A DNA stretch of 64,000 bases, taken from positions 13,156,746 through 13,220,745 of the forward strand of contig CM119270.1 of the NCBI GenBank assembly GCA_051294375.1, read 5' to 3'. Below the pieces are notes generated by a model. The model made no database searches, was not told where the DNA came from, and worked only from the letters and a program-made list of their open reading frames with translations. A program made the position numbers and the translations under genes. Positions 27,108 through 42,943 of the stretch are shown here, in pieces. The DNA comes from Paraspadella gotoi (taxonomy: Eukaryota; Animalia; Chaetognatha). Positions within the stretch are counted from its first letter, which is position 1; every line of letters begins with the position of its first letter.

Positions 27108-27919
27108 AGATTTAGTTTTGCAATGATGCGATTAAACGAAGATAAGGCGGACTCATGCGCGGCGGAAAAAGAATATCAAATTCTTTCTTTTGTGATTTCC
27201 AATTGTTATCGAACAAAAAAAAATCGAAAAAATAAATACAGGGTGCCTAAGAAAAAAATAGGCTATCAAGGCACTGGAAATTAATCGTGCGAATAAAACT
27301 TGTTAGTACCAATTTTTTAAATTGGAAACAAAATGTTAAAATTCGCCGAATGAGAAAAAAATTGAATTAATTTTTTAATTTATGAATATATGATAAAAAA
27401 AACATTTGCTTAAATAACAAAATTTTGCTGAAAAATTAATTTTCTTTTTTTTTCAAAAATTTTGAATTTTTGGATCTTCCAAATTCCGTTAAATTATAAA
27501 TTTAAATTCAAATTAAATTAAGTTGGAATGTAAGAAACCTTAAATTTGGAGCCAAAAAAACTTTAACGAGAAAAAACAGATTTCGAATAATTGAAACTAT
27601 GTTTCAACATACACATTAATTGATATATGATAACATATAATGATTAAAGCACAAAAAAAATAAATCTGGCCGAGAAGACAAAATTATAACTAGGATAGTA
27701 AAAAATACATAAAATTATTTTATAAAGATGGTGAGGTGGTAAGAGGAATAAAGATAGAAGGAAAGTAAAAGAAAGAGACAGGAAAAAGAGGAAGGTAAGA
27801 AAATTAAGAAAAACTCTTTGGAGGAGAAAAGCAATCAAAAATGAATCGAGTGAAGGGAAGACATCTTATGAGGAATCAATCAAGAAACCAAAGAAGAGAA
27901 ATGGAGAGAGAGAGAGAGA

Positions 27920-27957
<38 letters not shown>

Positions 27958-29373
27958 AGAGAGTTGGCCGATAGGGAGTGAAAGAAGGTAAAGAATATAA
28001 AGCGCAAAAAAGTAGATCGTTTGACCGCGTCTTAAGACTGTTCATAAAAGGGAAAGCAATAAACGAAATGACTTTTATGCAAAAAATGAACCTGAAAAAA
28101 ATAAAAAAGAATGATAGAAACAAACGGATAAGCTAATAATCACTTGGGGCCAAAGGGTGACCGAAAAAATGAAAAGAAATGAATAAAAAAAATCAAAGAG
28201 TTAAAAAAAAAATGCAATTGCCTGAGAGGAGAAGAAAATGATCCTAAAACGGAGAAAAGGAGAATCAAGTAAAGAGAAAAAAAAAAGAAAAAAGAAATCG
28301 GATGAATTAAAATAAAGATTATGAATAATTAATAAAATATTAAAAAGAGTGAAAAAAAAGCGTAAGTGGGAAGTGCTTTTTAAAAGCCAAACGTAAAAAA
28401 TCATGGGATGTCTAAAAAAATTATAAAATATCTAGAGAACCTAAGATCTGAACAATAATCTATATCAACTTTAGCGTGCACTCCCAAACAAAACTCTCAT
28501 CAACTGGTTAGTAAAGAACTGGAAGAAAAAAAAGACGATAATTCGAAATCGGAAAGAAAATGGAGGAAACAGAATAAGACAGGACGAAGAAAAGAAAGAA
28601 ACAGATAGGAAACAAAAAACACGCGGCGGCAGGTAAGAAAATAAGAGAACGAAGAGTGACCCAAGCACCGAAGAGAGCAGAAGGAAGTATAAGGAAATAT
28701 AAAAAAAGATTATGACTTCAAGAGAAAACTAAGAAAAGACCAAGTTCGGCTTGAGGAAGCGACGATGTGACTCCGACTGAACAGGAATATAAGGGAGATA
28801 AAGACGAGAGAGAGAGAGAGGAGAGACGAGAGAACGAGAGAGACGAGAGCAGAGAACACTGCAAATAGAAAAGAGGAGACGGTTAGAGTCGTGCCGAAAT
28901 GTGAGGAAAGATCGAGGTAAAAAAAATTGGCGCGCCGAAGAAAAATGAAACTGATTTTTTTTCTCCTCCGAGTTTCCCGCCAAAATGTGTGACTAAGAAC
29001 AATGATAAAGATGATCTTCTTTGGACCGCGGATGCAAAGACAGTGGGATAAATGATATGTGAAACCGAGGAGAAAATTCCTAACAATAGATATACAGAAC
29101 GTCGAACAATAAAAACACCTATCTATTCGTTTAACCTGACAGTAAGATATTTTTGTAATCCTCTACTTGTCACATTGTATCTTGGTTTCAAAATCACGAA
29201 GTCCATTACACGTCAACAGTTTACCTTGAAAGAAAGTGAGGTTTTAACTCAGAAGCCGAAACATTTTCCCTCACACACCATATGCCTTTCCTCATAAATC
29301 ACTTTTTAACTTTAACCAGAAAGAAGAGACTCAAGACCTCGACAATGGAGAGAGAGACGAGAGAGCAGAGCAG

Positions 29374-29405
<32 letters not shown>

Positions 29406-30349
29406 CGACGCGATGAGAGAGAGAGAGAGAGAGAAAGGAGCAGAATTCGAGAGGTGGACGGTTCCATTTCTGGCTGACATATTTTACGCCCCATTTAGAT
29501 CCAATCCTGCGCCGTAGGGCAAAAAAAAATTCTACATTGGAAACTTTTTTTGGCAAAGACGTTTTTTTTTTGCTCGAATCGGTTTTTGGCGTCGCAAAAA
29601 AAAAATTGATCCTGTTGGCAAAAAACAGGCAGTTTTTTTTGTTTGTGTTGAACAATAACAAAAATTGTCCGCGATGAGGAGGGCGTTCCAACAAAATAAA
29701 AGCATCAACTCTTCAGGCTCAGGCTCACAGAATTTGAAAAAGTTATTTTTAAATAAGAAGTACGAAAGACTAATTACGAAATGGCATTGCCATCTGTTCA
29801 TTCTTCAAAGCCATCTTAAGTGAGATTTAGGCTCTGAAGAATTGCTAACTTAATATTAACAGACAGGGAAAATGATTATACTATAGCATTTTATTAATTC
29901 TCCAGCGCTCATGATAAGCGAGGTCTGGTCGACTTCTTTAGGAATAAATTATTGAAAAAACATATTGCGATGAATAATGAAACTCGAAGTAAGAAGATAC
30001 ACCACATTGTCTCTACTTCGTGCTAATATAATTTTCCAGACTCTTTGAGGAAAAAAATCGTTTTATCGTCTAAGCTTCTAGTCTTCCCGCACAAATATCA
30101 ATTTCGGTAATTCAGACTCAAAACAATTAAAAAAAATAAAAAGAAAATGGGAAAACCCCTTACTCTTCGATTTTCCGGCAATTAAGGTCGCGAGAAGCCA
30201 CCGCCGCAATTGCCGGGAATTGAAGGGAATTGCCGGAATTGCCGGAAGATACCAGAGGCCCATAAAGATCCGGGAGAACGAACTGGAAATCTAGCCGGAC
30301 CGAATGAAAATCAGATGTGCATTGAAACACACGGGAAAAAAGCGAGAGA

Positions 30350-30437
<88 letters not shown>

Positions 30438-30615
30438 TGAAGTGAGAGCAAAGTAGAGAAAGAAGCGAGAAGGAAAAATCCTTAGAGGAATTGACCGAGA
30501 ATAGAACGAGAGAGGAGAGAACGAGAGGATGGAGAGAGGGGAGTCGAGAAAAAGTGAGAGAGAGAAAGCAGAGATATCTGGGACTCTTTANNNNNNNNNN
30601 NNNNNNNNNNNNNNN

Positions 30616-30646
30616 AGAGAGAGAGGAGAAGGGAGAGAGAGAGGAG

Positions 30647-30736
<90 letters not shown>

Positions 30737-30845
30737 AGAGAGCAAAGTTTGAAACAAAAGGAAACCGAAATTATGTAGCATCTCCAACCGAAATCTTATT
30801 CTGCATTACTTTGTAGAGAGGAAAAAAAGGAAAGGAAATGGGAGA

Positions 30846-30878
<33 letters not shown>

Positions 30879-33800
30879 CAGAGGAGAGAGACGAGATGAG
30901 AGAGAGAGGAGAGAGAAGAAGACGAAGTCATAGCAAGTTTCCTTCTTCTCCTTTTCTGATTTGACAAAGAAAAAATAAAGGAAAATAATCTAGAGAATAA
31001 TGAAAAACAAGTGAACTTGTTTACATTAAAGTCTAACTAATGAAATTAAAATAAATAACCGGAACAGGTGATTTCCCAATGTGATTATCCCAATTGTGTT
31101 GCGCCGCTGGTGACTAGTATCTATTTTTACGTGTATTTCCCTTTGATCACGTGATATGACAGGTAATGGACAATGACATGAAGTAAATAGTTTCCTATCC
31201 TTGCTATTCTATCTACATGCCACGCATAAAAATTCTTGTCTTTATTCTTATAGTTTTAGAATTTTTCTGAAGGGCCGGCCGCTAGCATTCCCTTAGATTT
31301 AAGGTTTTTTTCCTGTCTTAACAAGATGAGCAACCAATTATATGCATTTTTAAGTAAGTGCTTTACAGATCGACGGAACAGACATATCGACGACAGACCA
31401 GCAGGACCCGACGAAACGAACCGAAAAGTGATGTAGAGTTGCTCCGCGAGGACTCGCGGCGCACTAAAAACCAATTAGAAAAATACGCAAGCTTCCGGTG
31501 ACTTCTCCTCTCCTACTCCGCTACTTATAACAAATAATAATACAACGAAGGAAGTAGACGAGGCACAGTGACGAAAGTTCCATGATCAAAAACCGTAATC
31601 CTGCGTTTGATATATTAGCGCCATTAACAGACACGAAACAGACAACGTACCTTGTGCTATTTTTACATTTCTTTATATAATTTAACTTACTTTATTCCTT
31701 CCCTACGTCCGATAGTAAGTTAAGGTTTTTGTTTTTCCCCATTCCCAACTTAACGTTTCGAGCTTAATCGCTTCTGCCCAAAAGATTCTCACTCACTCGA
31801 GGGAAACCCGCTTTACATATGATTCTACTTCATGTGGCTCTGTCTCAGTTCCTTGCCTCCCTTTGATTCCGTTTCCTTTACTTCCTTTCTCTTTTTCTAT
31901 CGATTGAATTTCCATTTCTTTCAACGATGATTCGATCATCGTTCTACAGTCAATCACAGCCCTCCGTTTCCTTCCTTTCCTTCGACTTCTTTCCCTAACT
32001 TCGCTTTCCTCCTTCCTTCCTTCCTATCCTTCTCTTCCTTTCCATCTTTCTTTCCTCCCTTCCTTTCCTCCACTTTTTCCCTGACAGCCTTAAGTCTGCA
32101 AAGTCAAGGAAAGGCGGGAGCTACGTTGACATTCGTCCGAGTAAATAATAATTAGGGGCAAATGATAAATAAAGAAAACTAATGGGAAAATGCACACTGG
32201 ATGTGCGAGAACCAAGAGAGATGAGATGAGATTTGAGCATCGAGTGACATGGAGGAATGAGTGATGAAGATTGAGAGATGAGAGTGAGATCTAGGAGAGA
32301 GCATGATGAATGAGAGAGTGAGAGAGAAAGGAGTAGAAATCACGAAAGGACAAACCGTGCAAGATATTATTTCCTTGAAGTTTCCACTAAGTTATCATTT
32401 CTCGAGCGTTAGACAGTAAAGACACGGAAAGAAAAGACAGGATGTTTGTCGAAGTATTGTCAAAGTGAAAATATACGTTGCTGATGTCACGCTCGTTGGA
32501 TTGGACCGTCCCTAGCGATCTTGACTGATTACTTCTCTACTATTCTTCTGTTTCCGCCCCGTCTATTTTGTTTACGTTGTTTTTGTTTTGTTATAAGTTT
32601 TACTTGTATTTCCCTTATTTTTCAACAGTTTTTTTTTTATAGATATTCAGTATATAATTGCGAGTAAATGCATAATATAAGTCTAATCAATGAATTAAGT
32701 TAATGACTATACAGCTTGAAAATCCTTTCTGTCGTTTTGCCTCGTGGTCTCTCTAAGGTGTCCTCGCACTAGTTTTTTACATCGAATGGATTCGGCCTGA
32801 TGTGTGATGACTCAGACTGATATAAGCTGGTATTGATCCCTGCCCATATAGCTTTTTCGATATACATTAATGCATACTCTTAAATAGAGAGAGGAGGATG
32901 AAAAATAACCACGAGCGACTGCGAAACGTGTGGGTAGGACTAACAAGGAAAGCGTACTCTCGTGGGTGAGCGAGACCGGACTAAAGAGAGAGATGACTGG
33001 AGAGAGAGAGAGAGAGAGAGGCCGTGGAGAGAGGAGAAGAGAGAGAGAGAAGAGAGAGAGAGAGAGCAGCGGTTGAGACGAAGAAGAGTAGAAGAGATCT
33101 GTCGGCAAGTACTGGAAACAAGAAGGGCCGCGGACATAAACGTCCGCATCCGGAAGTCTCCATCAAACGCTTTTTTCCGTCGTCAGCGAATTAATCGCCT
33201 GGACGCGGATTTCATTCTTGAGATTTCCGCGCCAAATCGAATTTTGATCGATTTTTTTTTTCAGATTTACAAAAAAAAAAAAAAAAAAAAAGATCCGGGT
33301 TCAAGATAAAAATTAAAGGAAAACTTGAGATGGGGTGGATGTAAGCCATTAGTAATTAATAATATCTGTATTATTACTATATACAATACCCTAAAGCTAT
33401 AATAAAATTTTCATGTTTAATTGATTTTGATTAATTGAGTTCAAAAATTGCGATTGTATTCCACGATTATTCCGCGGACTAGAAGAATAAAAGTTAAATC
33501 GATCGTCGGGAGCGCGAATTAGAAAAAAAACGGTAAAGAGGCGTGCGGACGGAACCGGAAAGGGGCGTGGCGCTCGTATAGAAAACGGTCAGTGGACAGC
33601 GGTTTAGTCATTTGTTCAACGACAATCGGGAATTTGAAGGGAATTTCGCGATGATGGCTGTCTCCACTTGACGTCCAAGTGAAAAAAAAAAAGGGAATTC
33701 TTCGATCGCTGTCCATCCCTATATTATCTTTTATTTTTTTTTCTATAAACGATGCACTTCTGAAAATTGTATATTTGTTACATTTGTTAGTTTACATTGG

Positions 33801-33930
33801 TATTAAATTTTTTCACGGAACGCTCTTAAGGATACGTGGTCGATTAATAACAAAGAAAATAGATAAATAGAAAATAATTGATATAAAAACTGACTATTTT
33901 AAAACAGGGCATCGATTAATTCGTAATCAT
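30616..33930. repeat. Insertion-rich copy of 38707-41682 (probable false duplication)
   Basis: Collinear over ~3 kb, from gaaacaaaaggaaaccgaaa (30751/38830) to aaaacagg(g)catcgat (33901/41653). Begins immediately after a 25-N gap and is roughly 10% longer because of scattered 1-base insertions. Confidence 0.9.
31058..31470 (+). mobile_element. Duplicate copy of the Helentron/DINE-1-like element at 39137
   Basis: Same sequence as 39137-39527 with extra indels; terminal hairpin agttgctccgcgaggactcgcggcgcact. Confidence 0.6.
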
Positions 33931-34627
33931 CGAACGCTCTCTCCCTCATCGACCGACAACTGCTTCGGTACTCCTGATTGTTCGTTAGGTGCAATCGCTC
34001 AGCGAACAAACCAAGCAACTAAGAATCGCGTCTCGTAGACAATTACCCCGTTTAGCATTCAAGCGAATAATCAACTATGGGACCGGACCGGACCGAACCG
34101 GACCCGACTATGGGAAGTTTAAGAGAAGAGAACTTTTGATAGTATAAAGCTTGTTACACGAACGCCTTTGAACGTGGTGTTATAAAAAATTGCCTTGATT
34201 TTGGTCAAAGTAAAAAATCTGTCGGCTCGAAAGTCTATCGGGTGGCGGCAGAGACGACATGCGGCGAACCTGTCCAGTGTCCACTGAGCAATGCTCAGTG
34301 AGCATGTAAACTGCGTCCGAAACCGAAAATGATGATAAGCAACATCGGACGCGATGTAGGTCGCGACGTCGAACTCGATATCGGACGCGATGTTGGAAGC
34401 GATGTCGGAAAGGACGTCGACCGCTTCTAATAAAAAGAGCGAAAATATTAAATATCGGAAAAAATTAAGTCGCTGGCTTTTCTCTCTCTCTCGTCGTCTA
34501 TTTCCTCCCTCTCCTCGTCTTCCTCCTTCGTCTATTTCCTCCCTCTCGTCTTCCGCCGACGCAGATGTCGCCTATGTACATCAAAAGAATGGCTTGTCAC
34601 CTTGCCCTCCTATGTCTCATCGTTCTC

Positions 34628-34658
<31 letters not shown>

Positions 34659-34864
34659 ACGTCGTTGTAATCACCGTCGTTTTTGTCGTCTTTGTCACGT
34701 GAGTCGTCGGCGTTCTTCAAGGCGACCGCCATATTCCTGCCGACGTAATGACTCACCCATAACTACCGGAAACTTCCGTCCGGCCCAGAATCCGACGAAA
34801 GCGGCGGATTCGCCAAAGCGAGGCCGAACCCGACCGACGGAGGAACGGACCCACAGATTGTGAA

Positions 34865-35080
34865 CAAAAGCAGAAAGAGAACAGTAAGAGAAAAGAAAGA
34901 GAAAAGAAAGAGGAAAGAAAGAGAAAAGAAAGAGGAAAGAAAGAGAAAAGAAAGAGTAAAGAAAGAGAAAAGAAAGAGAAAAGAAAGAGGAAAGAAAGAG
35001 AAAAGAAATAGGAAAGAAAGAGAAAAGAAAGAGGAAAGAAAGAGAAAAGAAAGAGGAAAGAAAGAGAAAAGAAAGAGAGA
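34865..35080. repeat. 11-bp polypurine minisatellite (AAAGAAAGAGR)n
   Basis: aaagaaagaga/aaagaaagagg tandem units read directly. Confidence 0.9.
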
Positions 35081-35824
35081 AGGGCGAAGACAGCGATCAA
35101 TGAAAATTCAGAACAGTTAAGCGAAGATGAGACGATCCCCAATTACCTTTTCTTTTGTGAGTTCGTTTCCTCGTCTCGTGGTTTTATCGTTTCGTTTTCC
35201 CGCCCTCGCCTCGTCCCATCTTCACTTCCCATTCGCTCTTAATCCTCTCCTATCTATATTAGCCCTAAATTTTTCCCATCGCCCGTTCCCATTAGCTCCG
35301 ATTTCTTTTAGTCTTTCTCATCGCTTTTTCCCATTCTTGATTTTTTCATACAACACATAGTCCACTCACATTGGTCTTTCCATCACGCTTCACTTTGACT
35401 ATGATATTTCCTATCACCTATCCCATTATGGATTGATCCCATACCATTGCTCTGAGCCCTTAATTTTTTATTTTGCCTTAGCCTATCACCCATTGCTCCT
35501 AACCCTGAATTTTTTCCGTATTCGTTGCCCAAAGCCCAATCTTTCTTTTCTCATCTCCCGTTTAATGTTTCCCTTAGACATCCGAATTTTGGGTTTGTCT
35601 TTTTTTTCCCCCATTGGCTCTTCCACATCCCTCGCTCTAAGCCCCTCCGGTCACGTAGGATATTTATAAAATTCCCGTAAATATCTTTATTTTCTGTTTC
35701 CCATAATTCATCCCATCGTCCTTCATTTTAAATTTCTTTTTTTTCCCACTTTCCCCCGAATTTTTTTTGGGCATCATTTGCGTTTGTACCTATTTTGGGA
35801 ACTGATCTGCAATCTATGGCTCAT

Positions 35825-36471
35825 TAAGGCGTAGTAAAATTTCTAAATTTACCTTTAATTAAAATTCTAAAAGTGAGGAATGAATAACATTGTATTAATG
35901 AACATTTATGTAATAAAAAAAATTATAATAAATTTTACAATTTATGCAGGAGGCCATATTTATACTAGTACTAAACCAATAAATGTTAAAATTTCAAAAC
36001 AGTTTTTTTCTAAGATTTTTTTGCAGATTTGGATTCGTCATAAAAAGTTGATATAAAGAAATATAACTCTTTTTGAAAAATTCCTTCATTAAGTGGGTCA
36101 AAAATTAGAAAAAGCTATATTTTAAGCTGAAAATTTATTTTTTATATATTAAATATAGTTTTTTAAATTTTTAACCCACTTATTGAAATAATTTTTAAAA
36201 ATGATTTATATTTCTTTTATCAACTTTTGACGAAGAATACAAATCTGCAATCAAAATTTAGAAAAGCCTATTTGAAATTTTTCGATTTTATAAGGATAGT
36301 ACTATATATAATAATTATATTAATTAATTAATTAATTAATTAATTAATTATAGCCTACTGCGAAAATTAAAAAACATAAAATTAATTTTTTTTACAAATT
36401 AATGTTCACTGATGGTATGTTGTTCATAATTGACTTTTAGAATTTTTGTATGTAACTTTCACTACGCCTTA
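35825..36471. mobile_element. 647-bp fold-back MITE with 9-bp TSD (MULE-like, non-autonomous)
   Basis: Ends taaggcgtagt...actacgcctta; flanking direct repeat ATGGCTCAT at 35816-35824 and 36472-36480. Arms are complementary over ~290 bp (tgcagatttg/caaatctgca, aaaagttgata/tatcaactttt, taagtgggt/acccactta). Confidence 0.88.
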
Positions 36472-36736
36472 ATGGCTCATCTCGAATCCCCACTTTCTCT
36501 TCTGCTAATCAGTGGAGGTGGTCGAGATAAAAAAGGGCGAAACAAAATGAGGTGAATCGATTTAATGAAATCAAAAAAGCGATTGAAAGCGAATTGGCTA
36601 CTTAGTACAATGAGGAATTTATTTTAGTAAGGAGAGAGAGAGAAAAACAAACTTTATTTTACATTTTGTATTTAAAAATCTTTCGCAATCATCGTTGCAT
36701 TCCTATTTTCCCATTTTCACAATGACCTCGACTGGA

Positions 36737-36737
<1 letters not shown>

Positions 36738-36815
<78 letters not shown>

Positions 36816-36850
36816 TTAATATTATTATTATTATTATTATCATTATTATT
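36738..36850. repeat. (ATT)n microsatellite
   Basis: Read directly. Confidence 0.97.
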
Positions 36851-36959
36851 TTCCAATCTCATCGTCTTCCACTTTCCCATTCTCCTATCCTAACATGTAA
36901 CATCCACTCCATTAGTTAGTATTAACCCAAGCTCCCACCTTCCTCTCTACTTCTCCCAT

Positions 36960-37197
36960 CCTCCCACCTTCCCACCTCTCGGTCATAAATTCTCCCACCT
37001 TTTCATCTCATGGTCATAAATTCTCCCACCTTCCCATCTCACGGTCATAAATTCTCCCACCTTCCCATCTCACGGTCATAAATTCTCCCACCTTCCCATC
37101 TCACGGTCATAAATTCTCCCACCTTCCCATCTCATGGTCATTAATTCTCCCACTTTCCCATCTCACGGTCATAAATTCTCCCACCTTCCCATCTCCC
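36960..37197. repeat. 31-bp minisatellite GGTCATAAATTCTCCCACCTTCCCATCTCAC, ~7 copies
   Basis: ggtcat starts at 36981, 37012, 37043, 37074, 37105, 37136 and 37167 (exact 31-bp spacing, no spacers). Confidence 0.96.
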
Positions 37198-37297
37198 ATT
37201 CCTGTGTTGATTCTCGGCGATGGAACCGCGATGAGATCACCGATGGAATCTTCGCGGTGAGTGAATCATTTACAGCGGAAGGGAAATGAAGGATACG

Positions 37298-37439
37298 GTC
37301 GTCGTCGTTGTCCTCGTCGTTGTCATCGTCGTCGTCGTCGTCGTTATTTATTCTTCTTCGTCGACGTTCTCATCGTCGTCGTCGTTCTCATCGTTGTCAT
37401 GGTCGTCGTTGTCGTCGTTCTCATCGTCGTCGTCATTTT

Positions 37440-37471
<32 letters not shown>

Positions 37472-37485
37472 ATGTTTTGACGTCT

Positions 37486-37516
<31 letters not shown>

Positions 37517-37660
37517 TGTCATTTTGACTTTATAGTCCATGTCATTGTCGTCGTCTTCGTCGTTTTTCTTTTTTTTTCTCCTTTTTGTCTTCACTTTTCT
37601 CGTCTTCATCGTCGTCGATTTCATTGTGGTCCATTTAATTTCTTTGTCGTCGTCGTCTTT
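37298..37660. repeat. (CGT)n/(TCG)n trinucleotide tract
   Basis: Read directly; similar tracts at 11349-11385, 34628-34710 and 60790-60945. Confidence 0.93.
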
Positions 37661-38703
37661 GTTAAGCGCAGGTCTTGATATATATATATATATATATACA
37701 AAAAATATACATACATACATCACGTACTAGACCAAAAAAAGCGAGCGCTCAAAAGCGGAAGCTTGATCGTAGAGATAAGATTCGCGGTCGACGAAAAAAA
37801 AAAATCCCCGCCTTTCATGATTTTTTATGAGGTACATCAACCGCACCATGAAGTCACCATGCATTAACCATAATGTCTCCACCAAGTCAACATTCAATCG
37901 CCCTCGAATCGCCTCTACGATGGAGTTGAGTGATGGAGTCGCTTTTTCTGTTTTGATGGAGTCACCAATTCGTTGAGTGATGGAGTCGCTTAACGTTTCT
38001 GTTTGTGTCTCTACAAATTCATATCTTGTTTTGCCTACATTAATTTTTTTTGGTTTTGTATTTTATGAAACTCTTGATAAAATGATAGTAAATAAAAATG
38101 TGGGAGTCTTTCCGCCACAACTGAATACTTCCACGCCATCGGCAAAGACTCTCTCTATTCCAACTCGATGGTCACGAGTACAATCGCCATTCACGTTGAA
38201 GTGACCAATCCTCTCCGCCACGTTGTCTGCCATTCCATTTGCCCTGCCGCCTGCCACGCCGTTTGCCAACTTGTCCGCCGCTCCTGCCGCGTCCACGCTT
38301 TCAAATGAGGATCCGGCCACCCGATCCTAAACTCAATCAATTGCTTCCTCATTTTATTGCGATTTTGGGGTCAGAATGCTTAATCTTCATCGACTGAGGC
38401 CAACGTGTAATCGTTTTTTGGGCACAGTGAACAGAAAAACGACACGTGGATAAATGTCATAGTGGATTTTGAAAAAAAAATCCTTTTCTTTTTTGTCAAT
38501 GTCGAAGTTTCATTGGTTTCCTTCGATGTCATTTGTTGAGTCTCCTCCTGGAAAAAAGATTCTATTTCTTTTTCTTTGCATCATCCTCTTCCTCTTCCTC
38601 TTCTCCTCCGCCTCCTCCTCCTCCTCCTCCTCCCCGCGATGGCGTCCAAAACAAACCTGCGTTTTGGTGGGAAAAAAATTCCAGAGAAAATTGGACAGGG
38701 ACG

Positions 38704-41682
<2,979 letters not shown>

Positions 41683-41896
41683 ATATGTCATTGCTGAAAG
41701 TGGCCCTCGACTTAAATCAAATTCTCTAATTTACAAAGGAGAAATGATCATAAATTCATAATATTAGAGCCAAACTTTGTCAATGGGGTGGGTCAGAAGT
41801 TTGATTTGGGAACCTTCCGAAATGAAAAGGCTAGAAGCACTAGTAATTATTTTTTTAATATTTATTTATATTTAGAAAATGTAAGAATTTTTTAAA

Positions 41897-42114
41897 AATT
41901 TTATATTTTTCAATATTTTGATGATAAGTGGGTTAAAATCGGGAAAAACTTGAAAAAAATCATCCTCATCATCATCATCCGAAAATTTTAACAGTTTTTG
42001 CTAATTTTATATTTTTCAATATTTTGATGATAAGTGGGTTAAAATCGGGAAAAACTTGAAAAAAATCATCCTCATCATCATCATCCGAAAATTTTAACAG
42101 TTTTTGCTAATTTT
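41897..42114. repeat. Near-perfect 106-bp tandem duplication
   Basis: aattttatatttttcaatattttgatgataagtgggttaaaatcggg...aacagtttttgct starts at 41897 and at 42003. Confidence 0.95.
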
Positions 42115-42784
42115 CAGTAATAAAACATCAAAATTTAAAAAAAGTTGTAATTACATTATTTGCTTAACTTTTTGAGCTATTGAGCTTTTTGAGCTTTAGG
42201 AAAAACAAAAAAACAGCGCACCGTACGAGCTACGATTGCCAGCGGAGAACATTTTCTCCTCATTGGAAATCGAATGAACCGTGTTTCGCTGTATCCCCGT
42301 TTCGTCTGCTTCAAGGGCAAATCCTCTTCCTGCAAGAAGAAACTTTTTCCTTTCGTCCTTTGGCAATCAGTTCCAAGGTGACGCGGCAATGATAGAGATG
42401 CGGGAAAAGGCATACGGAATGATGAAGATGCAAGCAGTCGTGATGCGAGCATATGGCATCCAGATTGTTAAATATGCTAGTAATCGTGTTGGGGGCAAAT
42501 GGCATACGAAATGAAATTGAAGGAATGGATAACTTTTATATTGGTTGTAACAATTTCATAGATAAAAAGTAAGCGTATTAGGTTAGGCAGTCGTGCAGGC
42601 TGCAGACGATGCAGCCAAGAATAAAGCTACAAGATAATGAAAATTTCTTTTTGCTAAATTAACGAGACAAAAGCAAAGAAAATGAACAATTTTACGAATG
42701 CTGCTCTACGCAAAAGAGAAGTAAATTCCCTCACACTGATAAATTGAACTTTCAAAATCGTTTATATAAGCACACTTGTCTGTA

Positions 42785-42943
42785 TGTAGTCGGGCATTGC
42801 CTAGGTTCACCCCGCCTATAAGCATGACTCATTCAGTTGTGACCCGGTGGCTCATTGAGTAAAGCCATCAGCTCATGACCACTAGGTACCGGGTTCAATC
42901 CCAACCTTATAGGCGGAGTGAACCTAGGCAATGCCCGACTACA
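42785..42943 (+). mobile_element. 159-bp TIR element (Ginger-like MITE) enclosing a tRNA-derived core
   Basis: 38-bp TIRs at 42785-42822 and 42906-42943 with one mismatch; termini TGTAG...CTACA; flanking direct repeat TGTA at 42781-84 and 42944-47. Confidence 0.88.
42841..42905 (+). pseudogene. tRNA-like sequence / internal Pol III promoter (A box + B box), not a foldable tRNA
   Basis: A-box-like TGGCTCATTGAG (42848-59) and B-box GGTTCAATCCC (42892-902) at tRNA-like spacing; CTCATGA at the anticodon-loop position. The anticodon stem does not pair and the 3' acceptor strand is absent. Confidence 0.65.

Noticed and set aside
27237-27600. TA|CAGGGTG mariner-like terminus
   Set aside because: No matching inverted end (caccctgta) was found in the window.
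36960-37197. CRISPR-like array (31-bp repeats; also the 30-bp repeats at 55381)
   Set aside because: Units are head-to-tail with no unique spacers, there are no cas genes, and the context is eukaryotic.
38063-38320. Ala/Gly-periodic minus-strand ORF (AGAADKLANGVAGGRANGMADNVAE)
   Set aside because: Explained by a degenerate 12-bp GCC periodicity; no recognisable domain or clear splice boundaries.
42311-42505. Minus-strand ORF containing NNLDAICSHHDC, resembling a phospholipase A2 catalytic helix
   Set aside because: No calcium-binding loop (YxGxG), no downstream Tyr/Asp motif, and the local sequence is loosely repetitive. Probably chance.
42841-42905. Functional tRNA-Met(CAT) gene
   Set aside because: The anticodon stem does not pair, the T stem is incomplete and the 3' acceptor strand is replaced by the TIR. 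Kept only as tRNA-derived.
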